A stretch of DNA of 64,000 nucleotides from an uncultured Candidatus Saccharibacteria bacterium (GCA_964487615.1 CAZARM010000005.1:182-64181), one strand, 5' to 3'. Shown: positions 1 to 9,393, counted from the stretch's first letter. Notes: a model not told the origin generated them from the sequence alone. Numbers and translations are program-made.

Positions 1-86
1 ACGTTGCTAATGCTGCTGGCTCTCAAATCACTTCTGGTCCACCATCACCAAATATGATCACAGGGATTCCGGAAAGCCCTAAATAA
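1..86 (+). CDS. 3' end of an unidentified CDS (partial, continues upstream of window)
   Basis: Frame 3 is open from the window edge to TAA 84-86. A hairpin plus T-run follows. The 27 aa carry no recognisable motif. Confidence 0.35.
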   Translation, partial: VANAAGSQITSGPPSPNMITGIPESPK

Positions 87-102
87 AAAGCATCAACCGA
101 TA

Positions 103-130
103 ACGGTCGGGTTAATTCGGCCGTTTTTTC
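103..130 (+). terminator. Intrinsic terminator between convergent genes
   Basis: ACGGTCG (103-109) pairs with CGGCCGT (118-124), including one G-U wobble valid only on the + strand. TTTTTT follows. Confidence 0.6.
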
Positions 131-147
131 GTTGAGACAATTCTAGG

Positions 148-420
148 CTATTCGACGGTGATTTCGCTGCGTTTGACGGATTTGCCGCTGAATAGACGAA
201 CGCGACGGTCATTGAACTTTACTACGCCATCCTTGGCGGCGTGAATCGTGAAGTTACGGGATACAAAGGTACCAACACCGGCACGCTTAGTCAGGCCGGT
301 TTGACGGACGATAATCTGACCGGTCTTGACCTGTTGGCCGCCAGACAGCTTTAATCCAAGGCGTTGACCTTGGCTATCTCTGTTATTCTTGCTGGTTCCA
401 CCAGCTTTTACATGTGACAT
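148..420 (-). CDS. rpmA: 50S ribosomal protein L27
   Basis: 90 aa. The N-terminus MSHVKAGGTSKNNRDSQGQRLG matches the conserved L27 signature (E. coli MAHKKAGGSTRNGRDS). GGAGGA SD upstream. Confidence 0.97.
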   Translation of the reverse strand: MSHVKAGGTSKNNRDSQGQRLGLKLSGGQQVKTGQIIVRQTGLTKRAGVGTFVSRNFTIHAAKDGVVKFNDRRVRLFSGKSVKRSEITVE

Positions 421-559
421 CCGGCTCTCCTCCGCGGCACACTGCCGCGTTAGAACTTCCGCTACTCGTTCACCGTACCTTCATGTACGGCTTACTCCGT
501 TGCTCAGTTCTGCCTTGCATTGCACTCACGAAAGAGAACCTCTCCCAGTGGTGACCATG

Positions 560-1720
560 CTAGCTTCTTGTTAATACAATTAGCTCGCGGGCGACGATTT
601 GATTTTCTCTATGGTAGACCAAATCACGATTGCTAACTTGCTGAAAACTCACACGAGTATACCCTAATTCCTCGAGAGAATCAAGCATCTTCAAGTGCTG
701 GAAGCCTGTTTTGGTTTTCCATGCGGGGATCGCTATACACAAACGGAAGCCAGCTTTGGTTTGAGTGGCCAGGTTTATTAAAAATTTACGATGGATTGTA
801 TCGACATCTTGCACAACTTCATCTAAAATTTTCGGATTTGGCAAAGCTGAAAAGGGACGACCTAGGTAGGTTTCCGCAGCGATAACATCAAACGGCTTGT
901 CCCACTTTTTATCAGTGGCGTCACCTTGTTCAACTCTTTGCTCCATGGAGTGAACATTGAGCCACTCTAGGTTAGCTTGGGAGTATTCCACCATTCGTGG
1001 TTCCAGGTCCGAGCCATAAACGTTAAACCCCATTAGACTAGCTTCTTGCAGAACGACACCAGTGCCACAGAAAGGGTCTAAAACTGTGGTACCTGGGTCA
1101 GGCTTGGCAAGATTGATAATGATTTGAGCTAGTTTGGGGGGTAGCATGCCTACTCGTGCGTCGCGTTTGGGGCGGGCCTGGTCACGGGCAGCATAGGCGT
1201 CAATGTCTTGAACACTGGTAGTCTGGGCCAGTAACGTGGAGTTGCCATCACGGATTAGGATTAGTTCCCAGCCGGTTGGCCCGGTTAACTGGTTGTGCAG
1301 TACGGAAGCACTGTTGAGCTCCAATTCTTTGTTGGGAATGATTCGTACCGAACGTCCAGAAACCTTAATTAACTTCTTAAGCCGCAGTCCCGTGGCGCTT
1401 ACTATATCCGGCCGTACGCTCAGGCCATAGACGCTCAACCCTAGCTTAAATTTGCCTTCTGGAACGTAGCGCAAATGCTCAGGTATAGTTTTAGCTAGAT
1501 AGGCTTCAATCTTTTGCCAGTCAGTGGTTTCCAGGATAGTCAGGATTTTAGCTAACTTAATACTGCCACCGAGACGACCAAACTCTACGTCTTCAGGCAG
1601 AATTGTCAGGCTACTGGCAACCTCACCAACAGAGGACACAGCATCTGCGCCGTATAAACTCTCTAACTCAGCTCGCCCAATCGCCGGTTGGCGGCCGTGG
1701 ATTAATACACTTCTGACCAT
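560..1720 (-). CDS. SAM-dependent (probably RNA) methyltransferase, Trm11/UPF0020-like, with N-terminal THUMP-like region
   Basis: 386 aa. Motif I is VLDPFCGTGVVLQEA, followed by the acidic-loop motif GSDLEP. The substrate is not deducible. Confidence 0.7.
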   Translation of the reverse strand: MVRSVLIHGRQPAIGRAELESLYGADAVSSVGEVASSLTILPEDVEFGRLGGSIKLAKILTILETTDWQKIEAYLAKTIPEHLRYVPEGKFKLGLSVYGLSVRPDIVSATGLRLKKLIKVSGRSVRIIPNKELELNSASVLHNQLTGPTGWELILIRDGNSTLLAQTTSVQDIDAYAARDQARPKRDARVGMLPPKLAQIIINLAKPDPGTTVLDPFCGTGVVLQEASLMGFNVYGSDLEPRMVEYSQANLEWLNVHSMEQRVEQGDATDKKWDKPFDVIAAETYLGRPFSALPNPKILDEVVQDVDTIHRKFLINLATQTKAGFRLCIAIPAWKTKTGFQHLKMLDSLEELGYTRVSFQQVSNRDLVYHRENQIVARELIVLTRS

Positions 1721-2798
1721 GGCTTTAGTATACTGGGTTACGAGAATGACTGAAAAAATCAGGAAAAAAAAGAATTGGAAGACGATTGCTACTGTACTGA
1801 CGTTTGTAGCAATGGTAGCGACTACTTATGCGCTGCGACAGCAAATCTATGATACCTTCCAGAATTTACGCAATGCCAATCTATGGCTGATCCTGTTAGT
1901 TGTGCCTTTAGCAGGTGGCAATAACTACTTTCAGGCCAAGGTCTACCAAGGCTTATTTAGGGTATTTGGGGAACACTTTCGTTTGAAGCCAATGTTCCGA
2001 CTCAGCCTAGAGCTTAACCTGGTCAATAATGTCTTACCCAGTGCGGGTGTCAGCGGCTTTTCGTACCTGAACCTCCGTATGAAGGCGGAGAACGTCTCGG
2101 TTGCTAAGTCTACGCTGGTGCAGATAATGCGCTTCTCCCTATTGTTTATTTCTTTCCAGGTCTTGCTAGGACTTGGACTGATAATGTTAGCCATTGGCGG
2201 ACAGGCAAGTGACCTTATGTTACTGGTGGCCGGTTCGCTAGCTACACTGTTAGTAGTCAGTACGGCGCTTAGTATCTACATTATCGGCAGCCGGAGCCGT
2301 ATAGACACGTTCTTTACCGGCCTGACGCGGTTCATTAACCGACTTATACACGTGGTTCGTCCTAAATATCCAGAGACGATTAATGTTGAAAGCGCACGCA
2401 ATACGTTTAATGAGCTCCATGATCACTATAAAGAGATGCGCGGTAATCTGCGCCAGCTTCAAAAACCGTTGATAGCATCGTTGTTTGTCAGCCTGACGGA
2501 GGTCATGGCGATTTACTCGGTATTTATTGCGTTTGGGCACTTTATTAACCCTGGCGCGGTCATTATCGCTTACGCTGTTGCTAATTTTGCTGGTTTAGTA
2601 TCGGTTCTGCCTGGTGGGGTAGGAATTTACGAGGCCCTGATGACCGCTGTGTTTGCCACGGCTGGTATATCAGCCGCACTGAGCTTGCCGGTCACCGTGG
2701 CTTACCGCGTGCTGAGCATGGCTGTGCAGATCCCGATTGGCTACATACTGTACCAGAAGAGCTTGCATTATAGTCCACCCTACGAACATGGGGAGTAA
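1719..2798 (+). CDS. Polytopic membrane protein, LPG-synthase-TM/UPF0104 (flippase-like) family
   Basis: The ORF track begins at 1524 but overlaps the divergent gene. The first plausible ATGs are 1719 and 1746. Multiple TM helices with conserved GGxGxxE-like PGGVGIYEA near the C-terminus. Confidence 0.65.
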   Translation: MALVYWVTRMTEKIRKKKNWKTIATVLTFVAMVATTYALRQQIYDTFQNLRNANLWLILLVVPLAGGNNYFQAKVYQGLFRVFGEHFRLKPMFRLSLELNLVNNVLPSAGVSGFSYLNLRMKAENVSVAKSTLVQIMRFSLLFISFQVLLGLGLIMLAIGGQASDLMLLVAGSLATLLVVSTALSIYIIGSRSRIDTFFTGLTRFINRLIHVVRPKYPETINVESARNTFNELHDHYKEMRGNLRQLQKPLIASLFVSLTEVMAIYSVFIAFGHFINPGAVIIAYAVANFAGLVSVLPGGVGIYEALMTAVFATAGISAALSLPVTVAYRVLSMAVQIPIGYILYQKSLHYSPPYEHGE

Positions 2799-2800
2799 AT

Positions 2801-2853
2801 TCTTCTTTCCAAGAAGCAAAATGATGTTACTTTGAGCCGTCAAAGTAACCAAA
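2801..2853 (+). repeat. Two-hairpin post-stop module, copy A (see copy B at 54184-54242)
   Basis: TCTTCTTTCCAAGAAGCAA ... ATGTTACTTT(loop)AAAGTAACCAAA lies directly after the stop at 2796-2798. It shares a 19-nt block, a 10-nt block and a 12-nt block with copy B. Confidence 0.6.
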
Positions 2854-3072
2854 CCTCGCCGCACGCTTCCAGCTCTTTATGATTTCATTGTCAAAGCGCA
2901 CAATGCTCAGAGAACTCGGCCTACTCTTATTAACTTGAGCCAGTAGGCCTCAAACAGCTCTTCGCATAAAATTGTGCTTTTGACATTCACTCATCAGGAG
3001 CTTCCAGAGTGCGGCCAGAAGACCAGGAGACTTCGCTATTTTCTAATTGGGGTATGCGATAATAATTTGTAT

Positions 3073-4191
3073 ATGGGGGAAGAGCTGATATTTTCGCCGA
3101 CGGATTTTGTGGCGGTGTTGAATCAGACGCTGGAGTTTGCTTATCCTAGCGTAATTGTGCAAGGGGAGCTGGCCAATTTGCGTATATCCAAAAATCGTTG
3201 GGTGTATTTTGATCTAAAAGACGAGTATTCGAGTGTTAAGTTTTTTGGCACGATTCATCAGTTGCCGGGGCCACTGGAAGATGGAATGTTGGTGCAGGTT
3301 AGGGGACTACCACGTTTGCATCCGATATATGGATTTAGCGTTAATGTACAGTTTATGCAGCCTATTGGTGAGGGATCGCTGAAAAAAGCTGCTGCGCTTT
3401 TGCAGGCTAGGTTATCTGCCGAAGGCTTGTTTGACGATGATCGCAAACGGGTACTGCCATACCCGCCAAGAAGTATTGGCTTAATTGCTTCAGGAGAATC
3501 CGCTGCTTATCACGATTTTATCAAAGTTCTGAACCATCGTTGGGCAGGTGTAGAGATTCGGCATCTTGACGTTCAGGTGCAGGGTGAACCCGCTACTGGA
3601 CAACTTGTGGCCGCAATAGACCACTTCAATACCCATGACGATGTAGACGTCGTGATTATAACTCGAGGCGGAGGCAGCCCAGAAGACCTGGCTGTCTTTA
3701 GTACCGAGCAAGTAACGCGTGCTGTAGCTGCCAGCCGGATTCCTACGCTAGTGGCAATCGGTCATGAGGTAGATATAAGTCTTGCAGAACTCGCAGCTGA
3801 CCAGCGGGCAAGCACACCATCAAACGCGGCTGAACTTCTAGTGCCAGACAAAAAGCACGTAGCATTGGTCTTAGCTGCAACCAAACAGAGCTTGGGTCAA
3901 AGTTTGATGAACCTGGTTAGCGAGCGTCAGCGGGCTATGACCGACAACTTGGTCAGCTTAACCGAAGCCGTCGAGAAAATTCTAGACAACAAGCGCCAAC
4001 AGTTGTATTTGCATCGAGACATTTTGAGGGCTCTTAGTCCAGAAGCTGCTCTCAAGCGCGGTTATGCTGCGGTACGCAATCTGAAAACAGGCGAATTTGT
4101 AACGTCTACTCAATCCATCAAACCGCAGGACAAAATATCGATTCAGTGGAGAGATGGAACAGCAGACGCGACCGTAAACAAGGTACAATAA
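3073..4191 (+). CDS. xseA: Exodeoxyribonuclease VII large subunit
   Basis: OB-fold N-terminus (VIVQGELANLRISKNRWVYFDLKD). Catalytic core IGLIASGESAAYHDF ... VIITRGGGSPEDL. ATG 3073 is preferred over the upstream GTG 2974. Confidence 0.92.
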   Translation: MGEELIFSPTDFVAVLNQTLEFAYPSVIVQGELANLRISKNRWVYFDLKDEYSSVKFFGTIHQLPGPLEDGMLVQVRGLPRLHPIYGFSVNVQFMQPIGEGSLKKAAALLQARLSAEGLFDDDRKRVLPYPPRSIGLIASGESAAYHDFIKVLNHRWAGVEIRHLDVQVQGEPATGQLVAAIDHFNTHDDVDVVIITRGGGSPEDLAVFSTEQVTRAVAASRIPTLVAIGHEVDISLAELAADQRASTPSNAAELLVPDKKHVALVLAATKQSLGQSLMNLVSERQRAMTDNLVSLTEAVEKILDNKRQQLYLHRDILRALSPEAALKRGYAAVRNLKTGEFVTSTQSIKPQDKISIQWRDGTADATVNKVQ

Positions 4192-4195
4192 AGTC

Positions 4196-4396
4196 ATGAC
4201 ACGAACGATAGACTATGTGAAGTTGAGCAAAGAACTAGACACTATATTATCCGTGCTGCAGTCAGCGGAGCTTGATATTGATGAAGCAGTTAAGCAGTAC
4301 GAACGGGGGATGGAAATTGTTAAGCAGCTGGAAGCTTATCTCAAAACGGCGGAAAATAGAGTTACCAAGATTAAAGCTGGCTTTGAAAAACCGTAG
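4196..4396 (+). CDS. xseB: Exodeoxyribonuclease VII small subunit
   Basis: 66-aa helical protein immediately after xseA, with typical motif LDEAVKQYERGMEIVKQLEAYL. Confidence 0.9.
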   Translation: MTRTIDYVKLSKELDTILSVLQSAELDIDEAVKQYERGMEIVKQLEAYLKTAENRVTKIKAGFEKP

Positions 4397-4431
4397 AACC
4401 TCGGACGTATGACGTATAGAGTATTACGGCA

Positions 4432-4974
4432 ATGGCCGGACGCTTTATACGCCATACGCTATACTTTATACAAAGCATGAGTTTATTCTGGACAATCATT
4501 TGGGCGTTGGCCTTCCTAACATTTGTTGGCTTCACCTTTGTAATTCTTTTTGGGGCGCCTTATTTGCCCACATTAAGCAAGCAAGTACCCAAAGCGCTTG
4601 ATCTGATTGACCTTAAGCCTGGACAAACGTTGCTGGAACTTGGTAGCGGCGACGGACGCATCTTAGCAGCTGCTGCACAGAGAGGCATCACGTCCGTAGG
4701 CTACGAGCTGAACCCGCTGCTAGTCATATATTCCTGGCTGCGGACCCGCCGCTACGGCAAGAAGGTTAGGGTAGTGTGGGGGAACTATTGGGTCAAGCCG
4801 CTGCCAGCTGCCGACGGTATATTTGTGTTTCTGCTCAACCCATACATGGAAAAGTTGAATAAGAAAATTGTTCAAGATTTTAGTAAGCCTGTCAAATTGG
4901 TGAGCTTTGCATTTGAAATTCCTTCACGTAAGCCTATCAAGCAAAAAGGCGGCCTCTATCTATACCAGTACTAA
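4432..4974 (+). CDS. Small membrane-anchored class I SAM-dependent methyltransferase
   Basis: N-terminal TM helix followed by motif I LLELGSGDGRILAAAAQRG. The start could be the internal ATG at 4477. Confidence 0.6.
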   Translation: MAGRFIRHTLYFIQSMSLFWTIIWALAFLTFVGFTFVILFGAPYLPTLSKQVPKALDLIDLKPGQTLLELGSGDGRILAAAAQRGITSVGYELNPLLVIYSWLRTRRYGKKVRVVWGNYWVKPLPAADGIFVFLLNPYMEKLNKKIVQDFSKPVKLVSFAFEIPSRKPIKQKGGLYLYQY

Positions 4975-5001
4975 ATTTGTGTTATCATAAGCGTAATTAT
5001 T

Positions 5002-5748
5002 ATGCCGCCCGTATCTAATCAAAACCCAACACCCAATCCTGCATATCCAACGCCTGGTCAACCTATGGCTCAATTTGACCCCACACAGCCCATCCAGAAG
5101 CCTAAGCACCACATGAATGTGCTGCTGATACCCTTGATATTGACGATTTTACTACTGATAGGAGCAATTGGCTTTGGTGTGCGGACATCGATGAGCCGCG
5201 ATGATTACAAGAACAATTCCGACGGCATATCTGCACGCGCGGTGGCCGCTGCCGAAAAAATACAGGCGGACAAGCTGGAAAAAGAATTTCTAGAGCGTGA
5301 AAAACAGCCTCTTAAGGAGTACAAAGGCCCAGCTACGTACGGTAGCATCGACATGATGTACCCTAAAACATGGAGCGCTTTCGTAACTGTCGACGACACA
5401 GGCACAACACCTATTGACGGTTATCTTCATCCGGATGTAGTACCTGGTCTAGATTCTGGTACGGCATTTGCAGTGCATATGCAGGTTATCAACAGCACCT
5501 ACGACCAAGAGCTTAAGAAGTTTGACAGTGACGCCAAAAGTGGCAAAGTCAAAGTTACTGCCATTGTGGCTCCCAAAGTGCCGAACGTAGCCGGCGTTCG
5601 CATAGAAGGCGAAGTTGAACCGGGCAAGCAGGGCAGGCTAGTGATGTTCCCGGTTCGCGACAAGACACTTAAAGTTATCAATGAATCAGACCAGTACGCC
5701 AAAGACTTTACTGACACAATCCTGCCTAATCTGGTCTTTACCCCTTAG
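5002..5748 (+). CDS. Hypothetical membrane-anchored protein (Pro-rich N-terminus, one TM)
   Basis: 248-aa ORF with one TM (LLIPLILTILLLIGAIGFGV). No recognisable domain. Confidence 0.55.
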   Translation: MPPVSNQNPTPNPAYPTPGQPMAQFDPTQPIQKPKHHMNVLLIPLILTILLLIGAIGFGVRTSMSRDDYKNNSDGISARAVAAAEKIQADKLEKEFLEREKQPLKEYKGPATYGSIDMMYPKTWSAFVTVDDTGTTPIDGYLHPDVVPGLDSGTAFAVHMQVINSTYDQELKKFDSDAKSGKVKVTAIVAPKVPNVAGVRIEGEVEPGKQGRLVMFPVRDKTLKVINESDQYAKDFTDTILPNLVFTP

Positions 5749-5834
5749 AGCTACCCAAGAAACCGGTTAAAACTACTTCATTTCTGGTGGTCTTGCTTTG
5801 CTATACTGGTCATAGATTAAGAGGTAGTTTTTGA

Positions 5835-6521
5835 ATGAAAGGTCCAGACGACCAGGATTTGGGGCAGACCGAACGACTACTGCGGGTACTGGCAGAGCAG
5901 CTCAAGACACCTTTGCTACAAATCGCCCAGGTCGCAGAATTAGGCCAAGAGGACGGACTACAGCAGGCCGGGGAGACGGCTGAACATGCCCTAAAGCTAG
6001 TAGATAGCTTTGTGCTAGCCACGGAGCTTAATCAGCAACAGCTGCAACTAGAGCCTGTCTCTATTCCCTCAGTTCTATATGATGTGGCCGTGATGTTACG
6101 ACCTCTAGCCGAGCAGCATAATTGCGAGCTAGAACTTAGGCTGGATGGCAAATACAAACCAGTGATGGCCGACCGTCAGAGCTTACAGGCAGCGCTGGTC
6201 AGCTTGGGCCAAAGTTTTATAGAAGTTGGTAGTGACAAGCGCTCGACCATTACCTTGGCCGCATATAAGTCACCGAATGGAATCTCGACCGGCTTATTTG
6301 CCGAAGGCGCGCTATCGACAGATACCTTCAAGCGGGCTCTCAAGCTCTACGGACTAGCTCGCCAGGCCATGCCCAAACTTCAAACCGCTGCTGGTGCAGG
6401 TTTGTATGTAGCTGAAGCGTTATTTGCTGCCATGGCAGCTCCGCTAGAGGTTACAAAGCACCACAATCTAAACGGGCTAGCAGCGACCTTCGTACCCAGC
6501 GCCCAACTGCGGCTAATCTAA
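5835..6521 (+). CDS. Degenerate histidine-kinase-like protein (HisKA/HATPase-like; phospho-acceptor His replaced)
   Basis: The H-box-like LAEQLKTPLLQI aligns to SHELRTPL with Glu at the His position. The N-box Asn and G1 box are not recognisable, and G2 is reduced to AAGAGLYVAE. No TM segment. Confidence 0.6.
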   Translation: MKGPDDQDLGQTERLLRVLAEQLKTPLLQIAQVAELGQEDGLQQAGETAEHALKLVDSFVLATELNQQQLQLEPVSIPSVLYDVAVMLRPLAEQHNCELELRLDGKYKPVMADRQSLQAALVSLGQSFIEVGSDKRSTITLAAYKSPNGISTGLFAEGALSTDTFKRALKLYGLARQAMPKLQTAAGAGLYVAEALFAAMAAPLEVTKHHNLNGLAATFVPSAQLRLI

Positions 6522-6907
6522 TGGCGGAGCTTCTACTTGTCGAGCCTAATCGGCCGTTGGCGCAAAATTATACAGTTGCCCTGAGCGCAGCCGGCCACCA
6601 TGTTAGACATTGTGTTAAGGGTCAAACTGCCATTGAGCTTGCTGACAAATCTATGCCGGATATGATCATAGTAGAACTCCAGCTGGCTGCTCATAACGGC
6701 CTGGAATTTTTGTACGAGCTGCGCTCCTACGTAGAGTGGCAAAAAATACCTGTGATTATTTTAAGCGTGGTGCCGCCCCATGCTTTCGCAGAGGCCAGGG
6801 GACTGCCGCTGCTAAACATCAGCCGTTATTTGTATAAGCCTCAGACCAAACTACACCAACTAGTCTCTGCTGTGGATGATTTATTGGCCGCTACAGTACC
6901 AGCATGA
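6521..6907 (+). CDS. Receiver-domain-like protein lacking the phospho-acceptor Asp (pseudo-receiver)
   Basis: REC fold motifs: LLVEPNR (DD pocket becomes EP), PDMIIVELQL (Asp becomes Glu), PVIILS, YLYKP (Lys retained). TAATG overlap with the upstream gene and ATGA overlap with recO. Confidence 0.6.
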   Translation: MAELLLVEPNRPLAQNYTVALSAAGHHVRHCVKGQTAIELADKSMPDMIIVELQLAAHNGLEFLYELRSYVEWQKIPVIILSVVPPHAFAEARGLPLLNISRYLYKPQTKLHQLVSAVDDLLAATVPA

Positions 6908-7596
6908 AAACGGTTGTTACCAAGGGTATAGTCTTGGCCCGCACTAACTTCCAGGAAGCTGACCGCATCGTCACATTACTAACGCCAGACCAGGGGAAGG
7001 TTAGAGTACTGGCCAAAGGTGTGCGTAAACCCAAGTCCAAGCTAGCTGGCGGCATAGAACTATTCAGTGTCAGCGACATTACCTACTTGCCTGGACGCGG
7101 AGAGTTGGCCACTCTTATATCCTCGCGGGTAATGATCCACTATGGCAATATTGTGAAAGATATCAACCGCACCATGTACGGCTACGAGCAGCTCAAACGG
7201 TTCAATAAACTAACCGAGGACGAAGTAGAACCAGATTATTTTGAGCTTCTGCAGGCGGGGCTGGATAGCTTAAACAACTCAGAAATTTCATTTGACCTCA
7301 CTGATTTGTGGTTGAGCATGCAATTGCTCAGACTGACTGGGCAGGCGCCAAATTTACGTACCGACATAACCAATACTAAGCTGACAGAAGGCCAGAATTA
7401 CGTCTTTAGTTTTGATGACATGGCTTTTGCAGCTGCCCCCGACGGTGGGTCCAATGCAAAAGTCATCAAAGTCCTGCGCTTAGCTCATTCTGCTGCTTCA
7501 CCCGGTGTACTACTACAGGTCACGGGAGCAGACAAGTTGATTGGTGAAGCAGTGCAACTAGCTAGATCAATGGCAAAACTCTACCTCCCGACATAA
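6904..7596 (+). CDS. recO: DNA repair protein RecO
   Basis: The N-terminal OB region GIVLARTNFQEADRIVTLLTPDQGKVRVLAKGVRKPKSKLAG is typical of RecO. Confidence 0.9.
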   Translation: MKTVVTKGIVLARTNFQEADRIVTLLTPDQGKVRVLAKGVRKPKSKLAGGIELFSVSDITYLPGRGELATLISSRVMIHYGNIVKDINRTMYGYEQLKRFNKLTEDEVEPDYFELLQAGLDSLNNSEISFDLTDLWLSMQLLRLTGQAPNLRTDITNTKLTEGQNYVFSFDDMAFAAAPDGGSNAKVIKVLRLAHSAASPGVLLQVTGADKLIGEAVQLARSMAKLYLPT

Positions 7597-7616
7597 CCCT
7601 AATTGTGTAAAGCATA

Positions 7617-7645
7617 TTGACACAACAGGCAAGCAGGCGGATTAT
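7617..7645 (+). promoter_or_regulatory. Sigma-70-type promoter (TTGACA-N17-GATTAT)
   Basis: TTGACA 7617-7622, 17-nt spacer, GATTAT 7640-7645, with an AAAGAGGA SD before ATG 7678. Confidence 0.5.
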
Positions 7646-7677
7646 ACGTTTGATCTCATACTAAAGAGGAAATTACA

Positions 7678-7926
7678 ATGCCGCCAAGCGAACTCTCAGA
7701 ATTTGACCCTAACGCCCAATCCGAACTGATGCGGCTGGCTGCTAAGCGGGCCGCAGAAAGAGACTATTCCGAGCGATATAGTGCCCAAAAACGGGCAGCT
7801 TTATCGCAGATAGCAAATCGGGGTGCCGGTGTCGCAACACCCTACGATTCTTACCAGGCTGCCGACATAGCCGCTGTTAACACCGGTGAGTACCCCGTGG
7901 TGCCAGCTTCTGGTACTAGCGCCTAG
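7678..7926 (+). CDS. Hypothetical small protein
   Basis: 82-aa ORF with promoter and SD. No recognisable domain. Confidence 0.5.
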   Translation: MPPSELSEFDPNAQSELMRLAAKRAAERDYSERYSAQKRAALSQIANRGAGVATPYDSYQAADIAAVNTGEYPVVPASGTSA

Positions 7927-7962
7927 CCCTTATCAGACTCTTCAGATATAATCACTGGTAAT

Positions 7963-9333
7963 ATGAGTGATGTAAAAATGGATGATATTGTCTCTTTGGC
8001 CAAACGCCGTGGATTTATTTATCAGGGGAGTGATATTTATGGCGGCATGGCGGGTATGTATGACTTTGGACCGTACGGTGTCGAACTTCTTAACAATCTT
8101 AAGGCTGCGTGGTGGAAAGAGCATGTTTATAACCGCGATAACTACTTTGGGCTCGACTCCGCTATCTTTAAAGATCCTCGCGTTTGGGAGGCTTCCGGGC
8201 ATACCACTGGTTTCTCGGATCCCCTTGCTGAGTGCAAAAAGTGCAATACGCGTATTCGCGTAGATAAAGAACTGGAAAAGGTTGGCGTCAAAGCTGACGA
8301 GAAAATGTCAGAAGAAAAGCTAAATGAGCTGTTTGACGCGAACCGAGACAAAATTACCTGTCCAAAGTGCGGAGCCAAAGAGTTTGGCAAAGTACGGGCA
8401 TTCAATTTATTAGTAAAAACCAATATGGGAGACTTCAGTGGTGAAGCCAGCGAGCCAGTTTATTTGCCCGGTGAAGCCTGCCAGGGTATTTACCTGAACT
8501 TCAAGAACATTGTTGACACTACTCACGCAAAAATACCATTTGGTATAGTCCAAATTGGTAAAGCGTTCCGTAATGAGATAAGTCCACGAAATTTTCTTTT
8601 CCGCACTAGGGAACTGGAGCAGGCAGATACGCAGTACTTTGTTCGCCCTAAAGAAAACAAAGAAGCATATGAAAAGATCAAACAAGATCGCTGGGATTGG
8701 TACGTGAAGATGGGTATCAAGCCCGAAAATTTACGGTTCAAACAGCATGATAACCTAGTATTCTATGCCTCTGATGCCTGGGACATTGAGTATAACTATC
8801 CCACTTACGGCTTTGATGAAATGGAAGGGATCCACGACCGAACTGACTATGATTTAACGCAGCACTCCAAGTTCTCAGGAGTGGATTTGTCTTATGTTGA
8901 TCCTACGTCAGGTGAAAAGTTCATCCCATGGATTTTAGAAACATCAGTTGGTATGGGTCGGATGTTTTTGGCTTTCTTATGCGATGCCTATTATCAGGAT
9001 GAACAAGGTGATAGTACGCGTACAGTGTTGCGACTATCCAAAGAGCTGGCACCTGTAAAAGCAGCGGTCTTTCCACTTCTGAAAAACAAGCCTGAACTGG
9101 TAGAGAAGGCAAAGGAAGTTTATGCTGAACTAAAGGAAGAATTAGGTAGTGTAATGTTTGATGACAACGGCAATATTGGCAAACGCTACCGCCGCCAGGA
9201 CGAAATAGGTACTCCAGTTTGTGTGGTTATTGATTTCCAAACCTTGGAAGACAATACCGTAACTGTCCGCGATCGCGACACCACAGAACAAAAGCGCGTT
9301 AGGATAGATACGTTAAATTCCGTTCTCAATTAA
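7963..9333 (+). CDS. glyQS: Glycine--tRNA ligase (class II, homodimeric type)
   Basis: LAKRRGFIYQGSDIYGGMAGMYDFGPYGVELLNNLK, class II motifs (GKAFRNEISPRNFLFRTRELEQ) and a C-terminal anticodon-binding domain. Confidence 0.95.
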   Translation: MSDVKMDDIVSLAKRRGFIYQGSDIYGGMAGMYDFGPYGVELLNNLKAAWWKEHVYNRDNYFGLDSAIFKDPRVWEASGHTTGFSDPLAECKKCNTRIRVDKELEKVGVKADEKMSEEKLNELFDANRDKITCPKCGAKEFGKVRAFNLLVKTNMGDFSGEASEPVYLPGEACQGIYLNFKNIVDTTHAKIPFGIVQIGKAFRNEISPRNFLFRTRELEQADTQYFVRPKENKEAYEKIKQDRWDWYVKMGIKPENLRFKQHDNLVFYASDAWDIEYNYPTYGFDEMEGIHDRTDYDLTQHSKFSGVDLSYVDPTSGEKFIPWILETSVGMGRMFLAFLCDAYYQDEQGDSTRTVLRLSKELAPVKAAVFPLLKNKPELVEKAKEVYAELKEELGSVMFDDNGNIGKRYRRQDEIGTPVCVVIDFQTLEDNTVTVRDRDTTEQKRVRIDTLNSVLN

Positions 9334-9393
9334 GAGCATAGGCACTGCGAACGGCGTATTCCATATTACTATAAATAGTGGTATAGTATATAT

